DNA of 64,000 nucleotides from Clostridia bacterium (GTDB lineage Bacteria; Bacillota; Clostridia; RUG12999): NCBI GenBank assembly GCA_045546415.1, contig JAZQCS010000092.1, positions 280 to 64,279 of the forward strand, read 5' to 3'. Shown piece by piece: positions 55,209 to 64,000 of this stretch (position 1 is its first letter; each line of letters starts with the position of its first letter). The notes under the pieces were generated by a model. It saw only the letters and a program-made list of their open reading frames with translations, ran no database searches and was not told where the DNA came from. The position numbers and the translations under genes were made by a program.

Positions 55209-55919
55209 TTAAAGCAAAATTTCTCTGTTTGTTCCGTAGAAAATATCTTCTTTCCCAGACACTAAAGCGCAGAATTTTTCAAATTCCTCCCACCATTCAG
55301 GATGGAAATCAAGCTCGTAGGAATGACCCCATATGTAGAATATCTGAGGAGTTTCCGTTTTTAGTTCAAGAAATTTTTCTGCAAGTTCAAACATCTTATC
55401 CCAGTTAATCCAATGAACAGTAGGGTTAAACTGCAAAAGATTCTCCTGCGGTTCAAACGAAAGGGTTGATGTTATTGTTCTTGCATATTTAATAGGTGTA
55501 TTTTCACCGATAAGTCTTGCAACTCTTTCATCATTGTTTACACCGCCGCAGGGGTATGCCATACCCACAACATCGCAACCTGTTAAGGTTTCAATGTTTT
55601 TTCTGTCCTCATCCACCTCGTAAAGAACAGTTTCGTCCTCCGCAATATCGGGAAGTCTTGGATGGGTAAGAGTGTGCACAGCAACCTCGTGGTTTTTATA
55701 AAGCTCTTTTACCTCAAACAATGCAACCTTATTATGCGGAACAGTTATTCCCTCATGATTGGTAATGGTGTTCCTTCTGTTAAGAAGAGCCGTGTTGATA
55801 TTAAATGTAGCCTTAAGCCCGTATTTATCAAGGATTTCTATGAGCCGTCTGTCCTGTGTTACACCGTCGTCAAAGCTGAAGGTAAGTGCTTTCATTTTTC
55901 CGTTAAACAAATTTTTCAT
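55209..55919 (-). CDS. Polysaccharide deacetylase (CE4 / NodB homology domain)
   Basis: LTFSFDDGVTQD (motif 1 DD) and HSYELDF-like His motifs. Confidence 0.75.
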   Translation of the reverse strand: MKNLFNGKMKALTFSFDDGVTQDRRLIEILDKYGLKATFNINTALLNRRNTITNHEGITVPHNKVALFEVKELYKNHEVAVHTLTHPRLPDIAEDETVLYEVDEDRKNIETLTGCDVVGMAYPCGGVNNDERVARLIGENTPIKYARTITSTLSFEPQENLLQFNPTVHWINWDKMFELAEKFLELKTETPQIFYIWGHSYELDFHPEWWEEFEKFCALVSGKEDIFYGTNREILL

Positions 55920-55929
55920 CTTCTTTCTT

Positions 55930-56556
55930 TTATTTAAGTTCAGGAATTTTCTCCTGAAGGGTTTCTACTATTTTTCCTGCAAGCTTTTTATAACCATCGG
56001 GAGCAAAGTGAACTCCGTCAGCAGTCAGCAAATGTTTATTTTCAAGTGAAACCGAATAAAGGTCTATCACCGGCAAGCTGTACTTTTCTGCAATTTCAAG
56101 TGCAACTTTGTTTCGGATTTTAACTCTTTCTTCTCTTTTTTCATCAGCAACGTGAGTTGTAAGCACAATGAAAACCGGGGTTTCTTTAAACTCTTCAACA
56201 AGGAACCTTACAAAGTTTTCATAGTGTTCTTTATATTCTGTTTCATCATCAAGATGGAAACCGTGAAGTCCGTTGTTGAACAACACCGCTGTTCTTTCTC
56301 TCTGCTGCTTTGCAAAAATCCTCACGGAATCTGTAAACCATGGATTATCCACAGCCTTTGATGTACCAAAGCCGTCAAAAAGAATTTTCCACTCTGTCAA
56401 CTCTGTAGCAACCATTCTGCTTCCACAGGAAATAGAATCACCAATGTACAAAACTCTGTTGCGGTCAACATCTGCGGCATGGTCAATCCATGTGTTGTCC
56501 CACTCGTAGGTTTCAAGCGGTACTTTTCTGTCTTCGTTTTCATAAGTAAAGTTCAT
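55930..56556 (-). CDS. SGNH/GDSL-family hydrolase
   Basis: YIGDSIS catalytic block I, with a GDSL-like serine, and 208 aa. Confidence 0.7.
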   Translation of the reverse strand: MNFTYENEDRKVPLETYEWDNTWIDHAADVDRNRVLYIGDSISCGSRMVATELTEWKILFDGFGTSKAVDNPWFTDSVRIFAKQQRERTAVLFNNGLHGFHLDDETEYKEHYENFVRFLVEEFKETPVFIVLTTHVADEKREERVKIRNKVALEIAEKYSLPVIDLYSVSLENKHLLTADGVHFAPDGYKKLAGKIVETLQEKIPELK

Positions 56557-56569
56557 TTTTTATTACTCC

Positions 56570-58792
56570 TTAAATTACATAACTTAATACATTTTTACCA
56601 CTTTCAAGAGCCTTTTTTTCTTCACCAAAGCAAAATACCGCTTCTGTTTCTTCGGGAACGGTAACCTCAAAGGTAATATTACCGTTTTCCTTTTTGTAGC
56701 TTACCGCAATAACACCGTGAGGCGTTGTGATGCTTCCCGACATTTTTTCAAACTTTGACACCGCCTGAGGTGCAATTACAACAGCATCGTATCCACCGGT
56801 ATTTTCCTTATTTTTAATGCCAAGAAGATATTCAAACAAATACGCAACCGGTGCACCGAACATAGGATGGTTATGTGAACGGCTTGTGCTGCTGTCCCAG
56901 TATTCATGCAGAGTTGTTGCTCCGTTTTCCATCCATTTTGCATAGCCGTATTTTCCTTTTCCTGTAAGAAGGTCTACAGCAAGGTCACCATCGCCCTTTT
57001 CAAACAGAACACGGGTAACAACATCGGTTGCAAATATACCTGTATCATAATAACCCACCTTTGTGTGATAATTTTTCAGCGTCTCATAGGTTTTTTCTGT
57101 TCCTATGCCTAAATCCACCGCAAAGGCATTTGCCCCCTGGGCATTTGCAAAAAAGCTGTGGTCAAACATATTGAAATATGCCGCAAACATAAGCCTTTTG
57201 TTCTTTTCAATTTTTTGTGTATAATCCTTTACAAGGTCTTCTTTGCCTATGATTTCTGCAATTCTACAGATTTTTTCCATGGATTTCAGCATATAATAAT
57301 TGTTTATATATGCCGGCGGAATAATCATCTGTATCGGCTTATGGGAAAGGTGTAAATCTTTTTCCTCCCACATTACACAGGGCGGACACCATTCGCCAAG
57401 ACACCAGTAGCCCTCTTTATCATGGTCTATAAAGCCCTGCTCTGAATGTTCTTCAAGGAAGCGGATGTATTTAAGCATACCGTTAAAATTATCCTCAAGG
57501 ACTTTTACATCGCCATAATGACGATACATCTGATAGGGCACCTCAACAATGGCAGAGCCCCATCCACCGGGACCTCCACCGCTGCAAATGAAAGGAGCAG
57601 TATTCTGCACGCGTCCCGATATACTGTCCTGACAGTCGGTAATATCCTGCATCCATTTCGTGTAAAAAGCCTTTGCATCAAGTGTGGTCAGCGCTGCATT
57701 ACAGGTAAGCTGTCCATCACCGGTATAGCCTCTGCGTTCAAGATGGGGACAATCTGAAGGAATGCCGGTATGCATATTTGTAAGCATTGTATGCACAAAG
57801 GTTTTATAAATCCAGTTCAGCACCTCGTTGTCGCATTCAAAGGTGGAGGAAACAGGAACATCTGCATAAACCTCTTTCACAAACAGAGGCACCGCGTCAC
57901 CTATAACCTCCATATAGCGGAAACCAAACCAGGTAAATTCGGGTTGTACAGTTCTGAGTTTACCGTCGGACATAACCGTAAACTGCTGTCTGTGACCGTG
58001 GAAGGGGTCAAGCCTGCCATCCTCCGTAAGTCCTTCGGAAAACAGAACCGTTACCTTTTCCCCCGCCGGGGCATTTATTCTTACAACCGGATATCCCGAT
58101 GTATTTCTTTCACAACCGTATATAACACCGTTTTCACTCTTGCCGATTTCACATACCGTCAGCATATTTGCACATTTTTCCCCCGGACATTCTGTTGTGC
58201 AATATTCAGTTTCAACCGCTTCTGTTTCAACAGCCTTTTCCCAGCTGCTGTCGTCATAATCCACACCGAAGCAATCCGCCCAGGCTGCGTAATTGTGAAC
58301 CTCTGTATTGGTAAAATTATAGGTTTCAACAAAGCTTTTACCGACACGGCAGTTTTCATCCGATACGAAAAATTCTTCACCCTTTTCGGTTGTTACAGTT
58401 ATGCAGTAAATAGCTTTTGGCAAACCGAAACGACGGGGTGCATAGGTGTACCACCCTCCACCGTAAACAATACTGATTACATTGTCACCGGGCTGAACAA
58501 ATGAGCTAATATCAAACTGCGGAACATAAATTCTGTGTCCCGACAAAACCTCATCTGCAGGGTCACAGGTTGCCTCATAGTCCGAGGAAAGAGGCAAAAA
58601 TGTATCCTCGTTCACACATTTTCCGTTTATGTAACACTTGAAAAAGCCAAGTCCCAACACATTGAGCTTTACGGCCTTTTCACCTTCAATTTCAAAATGA
58701 CCACGCAAAATAGCAAAGCTTTCACCTGTACGGTCAGGGGTGCCCACCCATTTTGCTGATTTAAAGAAATACTCCTGGTTCATAGTATCCAT
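56570..58792 (-). CDS. Glycoside hydrolase family 78-like alpha-L-rhamnosidase
   Basis: 740 aa. The N-terminal KWVG... beta-sandwich, a six-hairpin-like core (GGGPGGWGSAIVEVPYQMY...CLGEWCPP) and the C-terminal beta domain are typical of bacterial rhamnosidases. Confidence 0.6.
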   Translation of the reverse strand: MDTMNQEYFFKSAKWVGTPDRTGESFAILRGHFEIEGEKAVKLNVLGLGFFKCYINGKCVNEDTFLPLSSDYEATCDPADEVLSGHRIYVPQFDISSFVQPGDNVISIVYGGGWYTYAPRRFGLPKAIYCITVTTEKGEEFFVSDENCRVGKSFVETYNFTNTEVHNYAAWADCFGVDYDDSSWEKAVETEAVETEYCTTECPGEKCANMLTVCEIGKSENGVIYGCERNTSGYPVVRINAPAGEKVTVLFSEGLTEDGRLDPFHGHRQQFTVMSDGKLRTVQPEFTWFGFRYMEVIGDAVPLFVKEVYADVPVSSTFECDNEVLNWIYKTFVHTMLTNMHTGIPSDCPHLERRGYTGDGQLTCNAALTTLDAKAFYTKWMQDITDCQDSISGRVQNTAPFICSGGGPGGWGSAIVEVPYQMYRHYGDVKVLEDNFNGMLKYIRFLEEHSEQGFIDHDKEGYWCLGEWCPPCVMWEEKDLHLSHKPIQMIIPPAYINNYYMLKSMEKICRIAEIIGKEDLVKDYTQKIEKNKRLMFAAYFNMFDHSFFANAQGANAFAVDLGIGTEKTYETLKNYHTKVGYYDTGIFATDVVTRVLFEKGDGDLAVDLLTGKGKYGYAKWMENGATTLHEYWDSSTSRSHNHPMFGAPVAYLFEYLLGIKNKENTGGYDAVVIAPQAVSKFEKMSGSITTPHGVIAVSYKKENGNITFEVTVPEETEAVFCFGEEKKALESGKNVLSYVI

Positions 58793-58914
58793 CCTTTCCG
58801 GTTTTTCAGCGTATTCCCACCAGTTGCTCTTATTATATATTAAAAACGTGCATTTGTCAATAAATAAAAGCCTTAGAATGTAAATATTTCACAACAAATA
58901 ACAACAAATTACAA

Positions 58915-58943
58915 TTGACTTTACTTTTCACTTGATATATAAT
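58915..58943 (+). promoter_or_regulatory. Promoter of the oxidoreductase/deaminase operon (TTGACT-17-TATAAT)
   Basis: -35 at 58915-58920 and -10 at 58938-58943, preceded by ACAACAAAT tandem repeats. Confidence 0.6.
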
Positions 58944-58978
58944 CAAAAGCAAATAAATATATAAAGAGGTGTAATTTT

Positions 58979-59944
58979 ATGAACATAGCATTTGCAGGCT
59001 TCAGACATTCTCACATATTCGGTCTTTATAACACCGCAAAGGAGACGGATGGGGTTTTCATAACCGGTTGCTTTGAGGAAGATGAAGATGCACGAAAAAC
59101 CGCTGAAAAAAGCGGCATTGAGTTTAATTATAACTCTTACTCTGAAGTTTTAAACGATGCAAAGGTTGATGCCATTGCTATTGGTGATTATTACGGCAAG
59201 CGGGGCAGAATGATTATTGATGCCCTGAAAGCCGGCAAGCATGTTATATGTGATAAACCAATATGCACAAATCTTGCCGAGCTTGATGAAATTGAGCAGC
59301 TCACACATGAGAAAAACCTGAAGCTGTCATGTATGCTTGACCTTCGTTATATGCCCCAGACGGCAAAGGTAACCGAGCTGGTCAAAAGTGGAGAAATTGG
59401 TGACATTGCAACAGTTTCCTTTACCGGTCAGCATTGTCTGGATTACGGCAACCGTCCCGGATGGTATTTTGAGGATGGCAAACACGGCGGCACAATCAAT
59501 GACATTGCCATTCACGGTATTGACCTTATCCGCCTTGTAACAGGCAAAAATCTAACCCGTGTAAACTGTGCAAAGGTGTGGAATAAATTCGCAGATAAGG
59601 AGCCGGCTTTCAGGGATTGCGGTCAGTTTATGGTTGAAATGGAAGACATCTCGGTAATGGGTGATGTTTCCTACTCTGCGCCAAAATTTGGCGGCATTCT
59701 CCCCACCTTCTGGAATTTTTATATTTGGGGAACAAAAGGAATGATTCATTTCTGCTATGGAGAGGATGTAATACATTTATACAAAGAAACCGAAGAAATC
59801 ATCCAATGCAACAGAAACGGACTTAAATGGCTCGATGATTTTATTTCAGAGGTTAACGGAGGAGGTTTCCGTAACGGCACCCGGGAAACAATAAATTCAC
59901 AGAGACAGGTGCTTGAAATACAAAAGGAGGCAGACAAATGTTAA
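58979..59944 (+). CDS. Gfo/Idh/MocA-family oxidoreductase
   Basis: An N-terminal Rossmann fold and the family motif AGKHVICDKP (EKP-like). Confidence 0.7.
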   Translation: MNIAFAGFRHSHIFGLYNTAKETDGVFITGCFEEDEDARKTAEKSGIEFNYNSYSEVLNDAKVDAIAIGDYYGKRGRMIIDALKAGKHVICDKPICTNLAELDEIEQLTHEKNLKLSCMLDLRYMPQTAKVTELVKSGEIGDIATVSFTGQHCLDYGNRPGWYFEDGKHGGTINDIAIHGIDLIRLVTGKNLTRVNCAKVWNKFADKEPAFRDCGQFMVEMEDISVMGDVSYSAPKFGGILPTFWNFYIWGTKGMIHFCYGEDVIHLYKETEEIIQCNRNGLKWLDDFISEVNGGGFRNGTRETINSQRQVLEIQKEADKC

Positions 59945-61101
59945 GAGTGGGTATTATAGGCGTTGGCACCATGGGGTCCTTCCATCTGGACAATTTTATA
60001 AAAGGTAACATAAAAAACGCAAAAATCACCGCCTTGTGCGATATTAACGAAACGGCATTATATAAACAAAAGGAAAACTTAGACAGTGAAGTAAAATATT
60101 TCACAAATTCCGATGAGTTAATCGATTCCGGACTTGTGGATGGTGTGATTATTGCCACTCCCCACTATTTTCACCCTACTATTTCCATTAAAGCATTAAA
60201 TGCAGGACTTCACGTTTTTTGCGAAAAACCTGCCGGAGTTTATACAAAAAATGTTCGTGAAATGAACGAGGTAGCTTTAAAAAGCGGCAAGGTTTTTCAG
60301 GTGAATTTTGTTATGAGAAACCTGAACTCCTTTAAAAAAATAAAAGAAATGTTGGATGGCGGTGAGCTTGGCGAATTAAAGCGTATTGTGTGGATACTCA
60401 CAAACTGGTACCGTACACAGGCATATTACGACAGCGGTACCTGGCGTGCCACCTGGGCAGGAGAAGGCGGAGGAACTCTGCTTAATCAAAATCCCCATCA
60501 GCTTGACCTTATGCAATGGCTTTTCGGAATGCCCGACAAAATCCGCGGTTTTTGTTATTTCGGCAAGCACCGTAACATTGAGGTTGAAGACGAAGCCACC
60601 GCTTATCTGGAATACAAAAACGGTGCCACCGGTCTTTACATGACCTCTGTTGGCGAATTTCCCGGTACCGACAGACTTGAGGTTGCCGGAGATAAGGGCA
60701 AGCTTGTTTTGGAAAACGGCAAAATAACCTTTTACAAGCTTTCGTTAAGTGAAAAGGAATTTAACAAGGAAACCAAAACCATAAACGGTCCCATCCCCCT
60801 GGAAAAAGTTGATGTGGAATACGAGGTAAATGATGTTTCCGATTGTCAGGCGGATATGATAAACAACTGGGTCAATGCTGTTCTATTCGGTGAAAAGCTC
60901 ATTTCTCCCGGTGAAGAAGGAATAAACAGCCTTTCCCTTTCCAATGCAATGTACCTTTCATCCTGGAAGGACGACTGGGTTTCCCTTCCCTTTGACGAGG
61001 ATGAATTTTTAAAAGAGCTTAAGTCCCGGATCGAAACCTCTTCATTTGTAAAAAAAGATGCAGTTAAAACATTAACCGGCATGGGTTTTCACAACAACTA
61101 A
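59938..61101 (+). CDS. Gfo/Idh/MocA-family oxidoreductase
   Basis: VGIIGVGTMG Rossmann motif and AGLHVFCEKP. It overlaps the upstream gene by 7 nt. Confidence 0.8.
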   Translation: MLRVGIIGVGTMGSFHLDNFIKGNIKNAKITALCDINETALYKQKENLDSEVKYFTNSDELIDSGLVDGVIIATPHYFHPTISIKALNAGLHVFCEKPAGVYTKNVREMNEVALKSGKVFQVNFVMRNLNSFKKIKEMLDGGELGELKRIVWILTNWYRTQAYYDSGTWRATWAGEGGGTLLNQNPHQLDLMQWLFGMPDKIRGFCYFGKHRNIEVEDEATAYLEYKNGATGLYMTSVGEFPGTDRLEVAGDKGKLVLENGKITFYKLSLSEKEFNKETKTINGPIPLEKVDVEYEVNDVSDCQADMINNWVNAVLFGEKLISPGEEGINSLSLSNAMYLSSWKDDWVSLPFDEDEFLKELKSRIETSSFVKKDAVKTLTGMGFHNN

Positions 61102-61114
61102 GGAGGTAAAAATT

Positions 61115-61876
61115 ATGATAACCGAACTTAAAAGAGATAACCTTGTATGCAGAATTTACAAAACAAGAACAGAAATGGGTCAGGTGGCAGCGGAGGATAT
61201 TACTGCAAAAATAAAGGAACTTTTGAGTGAAAAGGATGAAATCAATATAATATTTGCGGCGGCACCATCTCAGAACGAGGTTCTGGAAGCTTTGGTTTCC
61301 AAAACCGACATTGAATGGAACAGAATTAATGCCTTTCATATGGACGAGTACATTGGTTTAAGCGAGGATGCACCCCAAAAATTCAGCACCTTCTTAAAAA
61401 ATGCAATTTTTGACAGAGTTCCTTTTAAAAATGTATATCTCATAAACAGTTCTCACTCTGCAAAGGATGAATGCGAACGGTATTCAAAGCTTTTAAAGGC
61501 AAATCCCGTTGACATTGTTTGCCTCGGCATTGGTGAAAACGGACACATCGCCTTTAATGACCCCGGTGTGGCGGATTTCAACGACCCAAAGCTTATAAAA
61601 GAGGTTGAACTTGATGACATTTGCCGTCAACAGCAGGTAAATGACGGATGCTTCAAAACCTTTGATGATGTTCCCAAAACCGCACTTTCCCTTACAATTC
61701 CTGCCCTGACATCAGCGAAATATATGTTCTGCGCAGTTCCTGCAAAAACAAAAGCAAATGCAGTTACAAGCACAATTAACGGTGAAATCACCGAGGATTG
61801 CCCCGCATCAATCATGCGAACACACGAAAACGCAATTCTTTATTGCGACAGCGACAGCGGTGTGAATTTTATATAA
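61115..61876 (+). CDS. Glucosamine-6-phosphate deaminase / 6-phosphogluconolactonase-family (NagB-like) protein
   Basis: NagB-like motifs IFAAAPS..., HMDEYIGL and CLGIGENGHIAFNDP. Confidence 0.75.
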   Translation: MITELKRDNLVCRIYKTRTEMGQVAAEDITAKIKELLSEKDEINIIFAAAPSQNEVLEALVSKTDIEWNRINAFHMDEYIGLSEDAPQKFSTFLKNAIFDRVPFKNVYLINSSHSAKDECERYSKLLKANPVDIVCLGIGENGHIAFNDPGVADFNDPKLIKEVELDDICRQQQVNDGCFKTFDDVPKTALSLTIPALTSAKYMFCAVPAKTKANAVTSTINGEITEDCPASIMRTHENAILYCDSDSGVNFI

Positions 61877-62000
61877 TAATTAAGGAGTCGTTTTTCCCGA
61901 GTATCCTTAAGGACACTTAGCAAAAGCGACTCTTTTTTTGGTTGGTTATGAAATACGGTTTACTACACAACCGGCACTCCCCATTCAAGCCTTGAAATGC

Positions 62001-62066
62001 TGTAGGGAACGCCCTGCGTGGCGTTCCCCGGAATGACCTATATGTCATTCCCTACAATTTCACCTC
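62001..62066. repeat. Small intergenic structured element: two adjacent perfect hairpins enclosed by an outer stem (REP-like)
   Basis: TGTAGGGAA-[CGCC ctgcgt GGCG]-TTCCCC-[GGAATGAC ctatat GTCATTCC]-CTACA. A related copy is at 50236-50280. Confidence 0.5.
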
Positions 62067-62295
62067 AACCGCAAACCGACAAATGATATTGTTCTCCCCT
62101 TCGTCAAACTGACAGGACAAAGCGATGGAAGAATCTCAACCATAAATATTCAGGAAACAGAAATATCCCCTGTCTTTATCATCCTTATTATAATATTGAA
62201 ATTCACATTTTGTCAACGAATAAAAAACAAAATAATTGACACAATGAAAATAATAGTATATAATTAGAATAAAGAAATAAAAAGGAGTGGATTAT

Positions 62296-63594
62296 ATGAA
62301 ATTTAATCTTATGCCCCCTGCCGACCAGCTTGTAATGATGATGGAACGAATTTACGGCTACGGAATGACAACCACCTCAGGCGGTAACCTTTCCATACTT
62401 GACGAAAGCGGAGACATATGGATAACTCCCGGTGGCGTTGACAAAGGCTCTCTTACCCGTGACGATATGGTTTGTGTTAAAGCAAACGGTGAAATAATCG
62501 GCAAGCACAAGCCCTCTTCAGAATTTCCTTTCCATAAAAAGATGTACGAAACAAGGAGCGATATCCGTGCGGTGCTTCACGCCCATCCCCCCGCACTTGT
62601 TGCTTTCAGTGCTGTACGAAAAGTGCCCAACACAAAAATCATCCCTGATGTAAACCAGGTTTGCGGACCTATCGGTCTTGCAAAATACGGTCTGCCGGGA
62701 AGTGATAATCTGGGTGAAAAAATTGCTCTGGAATTTGCAAAGGACACAGATATTCACACAGTAATTCTCGAAAACCACGGTGTTGTTATCGGGCATACCG
62801 ACCTGTTCAATGCTTTCAAGGCTTTTGAAACCATTGAATACTGTGCAAGAATTCAGATAAACGCCAACATTATCGGCACCGAAAAATCTTTAAGCGATAA
62901 AAACCTTCAGCTTGCGGCTGACAAGCTCAACCCTGTAATGGATGAGTTTATACAGACCACTCATTCAACCGAAGAAAAAGAAGCAAGAGTAAAAATGGCG
63001 CAGCTTATACGCCGTGCATACAAGCAGCGTCTGTTCATAAGCACTCAGGGAACTTTTTCACAGAGAATTAACGGTGACACCTTCCTTATCACTCCCCACA
63101 ATGTGGACAGAATGTATCTTGAGCCTGAGGATATTGTTACAATTAAAGGTTCTATGAAGGAATCGGGCAAGGTGCCCAGCCGTTCGGTGCTTCTGCACAA
63201 GCTGATTTATGAAATGCACCCTGAAATCAACTCCCTTATCATTGCCCATCCACACAATGTTATGGCATTTGCTTTAACGGATGCGGAGTTTGATTCCAGA
63301 ACAATTCCCGAAAGCTACATTATGCTCCGTGATGTACCAAAAGTGCCTTTCGGAAGCACTTTCATAGGCTTTGAAAAGCTTGCCGAAACCATTTCAATGG
63401 TGCATCCCGTTGTGCTTGTGGAAAACGATTGTGTGCTTGTTGCCGGAACCTCTCTTATTAACGCCTTTGACCGTCTTGAGGTTACCGAATACACGGCAAA
63501 ATCCATAATCTCCTCTGCACACATCGGTGACATTGTTAAAATTTCCAAAAAACAGGTCGAAGAAATTAACGAAGCCTTTAATCTTCAGCAATAA
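62296..63594 (+). CDS. Tandem class II aldolase/adducin-domain protein
   Basis: Two class II aldolase-like halves (HAHPPALVAFSAV... and AHPHNVMAFALTD...). I place the start at ATG 62296 (RBS AAAGGAG), in frame with the track ORF. Confidence 0.7.
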   Translation: MKFNLMPPADQLVMMMERIYGYGMTTTSGGNLSILDESGDIWITPGGVDKGSLTRDDMVCVKANGEIIGKHKPSSEFPFHKKMYETRSDIRAVLHAHPPALVAFSAVRKVPNTKIIPDVNQVCGPIGLAKYGLPGSDNLGEKIALEFAKDTDIHTVILENHGVVIGHTDLFNAFKAFETIEYCARIQINANIIGTEKSLSDKNLQLAADKLNPVMDEFIQTTHSTEEKEARVKMAQLIRRAYKQRLFISTQGTFSQRINGDTFLITPHNVDRMYLEPEDIVTIKGSMKESGKVPSRSVLLHKLIYEMHPEINSLIIAHPHNVMAFALTDAEFDSRTIPESYIMLRDVPKVPFGSTFIGFEKLAETISMVHPVVLVENDCVLVAGTSLINAFDRLEVTEYTAKSIISSAHIGDIVKISKKQVEEINEAFNLQQ

Positions 63595-63600
63595 TTTCTG

Positions 63601-63629
63601 TTGACATTGGTTTCAAATTATTGTATAAT
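63601..63629 (+). promoter_or_regulatory. Consensus promoter (TTGACA-17-TGTATAAT) for the downstream secreted protein gene
   Basis: -35 at 63601-63606 and -10 at 63624-63629. Confidence 0.65.
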
Positions 63630-63663
63630 TAAATTGTAAATTACGCGAAAGGACTGATTACAA

Positions 63664-64000
63664 ATGAAAAAAATTATTTCTCTTCTGATTGCGGCAACCA
63701 TGCTTATGGGCATTACAGCTTTTGCTGACAGTTATGCAAACAAGGTTTATACCTTTGACAATGTTAATTCCACAGCAACCTTCAATGCAGAGGGTGAATC
63801 CCTGTTTATTGACACCGAGGCTGTCCTCCGTTTCAAGGAAAGCACCGTAACAATGTCTCTTGAAGGTGAAGCTGATAATGCAATGCTTCAGCAGGTTATT
63901 CTTACAAAATATGACAATGCCGAAATAACCTACACCCTGAATTCTCCCACAAAGCTTAAAGCTGTAGTTTTCAAAAACGGTGATTTTGAGCCCCTTCAGG
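63664..64000 (+). CDS. Secreted protein with an N-terminal signal peptide; 3'-partial at the window end
   Basis: MKKIISLLIAATMLMGITAFA is a signal peptide. The ORF has no stop inside the window. Confidence 0.6.
   Translation, partial: MKKIISLLIAATMLMGITAFADSYANKVYTFDNVNSTATFNAEGESLFIDTEAVLRFKESTVTMSLEGEADNAMLQQVILTKYDNAEITYTLNSPTKLKAVVFKNGDFEPLQ

Noticed and set aside
39636-58914. Shared 14-mer ACAACAAATTACAA in the phage operator region (39636-39649) and the host promoter region (58901-58914), both within ACAACAAAT tandem repeats
   Set aside because: It is AT-rich and low-complexity, and the positions relative to the promoter elements differ (downstream of the -10 in one case, upstream of the -35 in the other). 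This is probably coincidence, though a shared host-factor site cannot be excluded.
1-64000. CRISPR arrays
   Set aside because: I found no regularly spaced direct repeats of 25-40 bp with unique spacers. The only repeat arrays are the 9-bp AGCTAAAT motifs and the 87-bp att-like duplication.

Overview
This window looks like a low-GC Firmicutes (Clostridia-like) chromosome segment carrying an integrated temperate prophage of about 34 kb (roughly 8135-42518). The prophage sits next to a tRNA-Arg(ACG)/tRNA-Ser(GGA) pair, and a 13-nt core at the 3' end of tRNA-Ser (TCTCTCTCTCTCC) recurs inside two roughly 87-bp direct repeats just beyond the tyrosine integrase gene. I read this as a putative attL/attR pair plus an extra att-like copy. 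The prophage has a complete lysogeny module: a LexA-like S24 repressor, a Cro-like HTH protein, a membrane protein and the integrase. Its immunity region carries two textbook-consensus sigma-A promoters (TTGACA-17-TATAAT) that fire toward each other. Its early/replication module encodes a DnaD-like replisome organiser, SSB, two HNH nucleases, a 534-aa ParB/Srx-like protein, a compact B12-binding-like radical SAM enzyme and several small cysteine-rich proteins. Its late module runs terminase small, terminase large, a probable portal (separated from the large terminase by six small ORFs), scaffold and major capsid, followed by few tail genes and then holin and amidase. It ends in a 519-aa coiled-coil protein and a single 2631-aa ORF with an HExxH zincin motif. 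I interpret the 2631-aa ORF as a candidate virion-delivered 'polyvalent' or ejection protein. A 360-bp degenerate fragment of that giant gene, carrying an in-frame 93-nt deletion, lies immediately after the second att-like repeat. That points to a past second integration or recombination at the same site. The host flanks carry a carbon-nitrogen hydrolase-GDPD fusion, typA, and a candidate envelope-stress-like trio (EcsC-like/SHOCT protein, DUF4230-like protein, GTPase with DUF697-like tail) behind a consensus promoter and a 100-nt three-segment hairpin leader. They also carry a PglC-like sugar transferase, a Na+-decarboxylase beta subunit, a P-type ATPase, a DAG-kinase-family lipid kinase, a HAD phosphatase, tRNA-Pro(GGG), a PepSY protein and a lysine-riboswitch-controlled dapA-dapB-lysA operon. 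The last 10 kb is a carbohydrate-utilisation cluster (GH78-like rhamnosidase, CE15-like and CE4 esterases, SGNH hydrolase, two Gfo/Idh/MocA oxidoreductases, a NagB-like deaminase, a tandem class II aldolase). All calls are made by eye from the sequence and the ORF track. No database searches were run.
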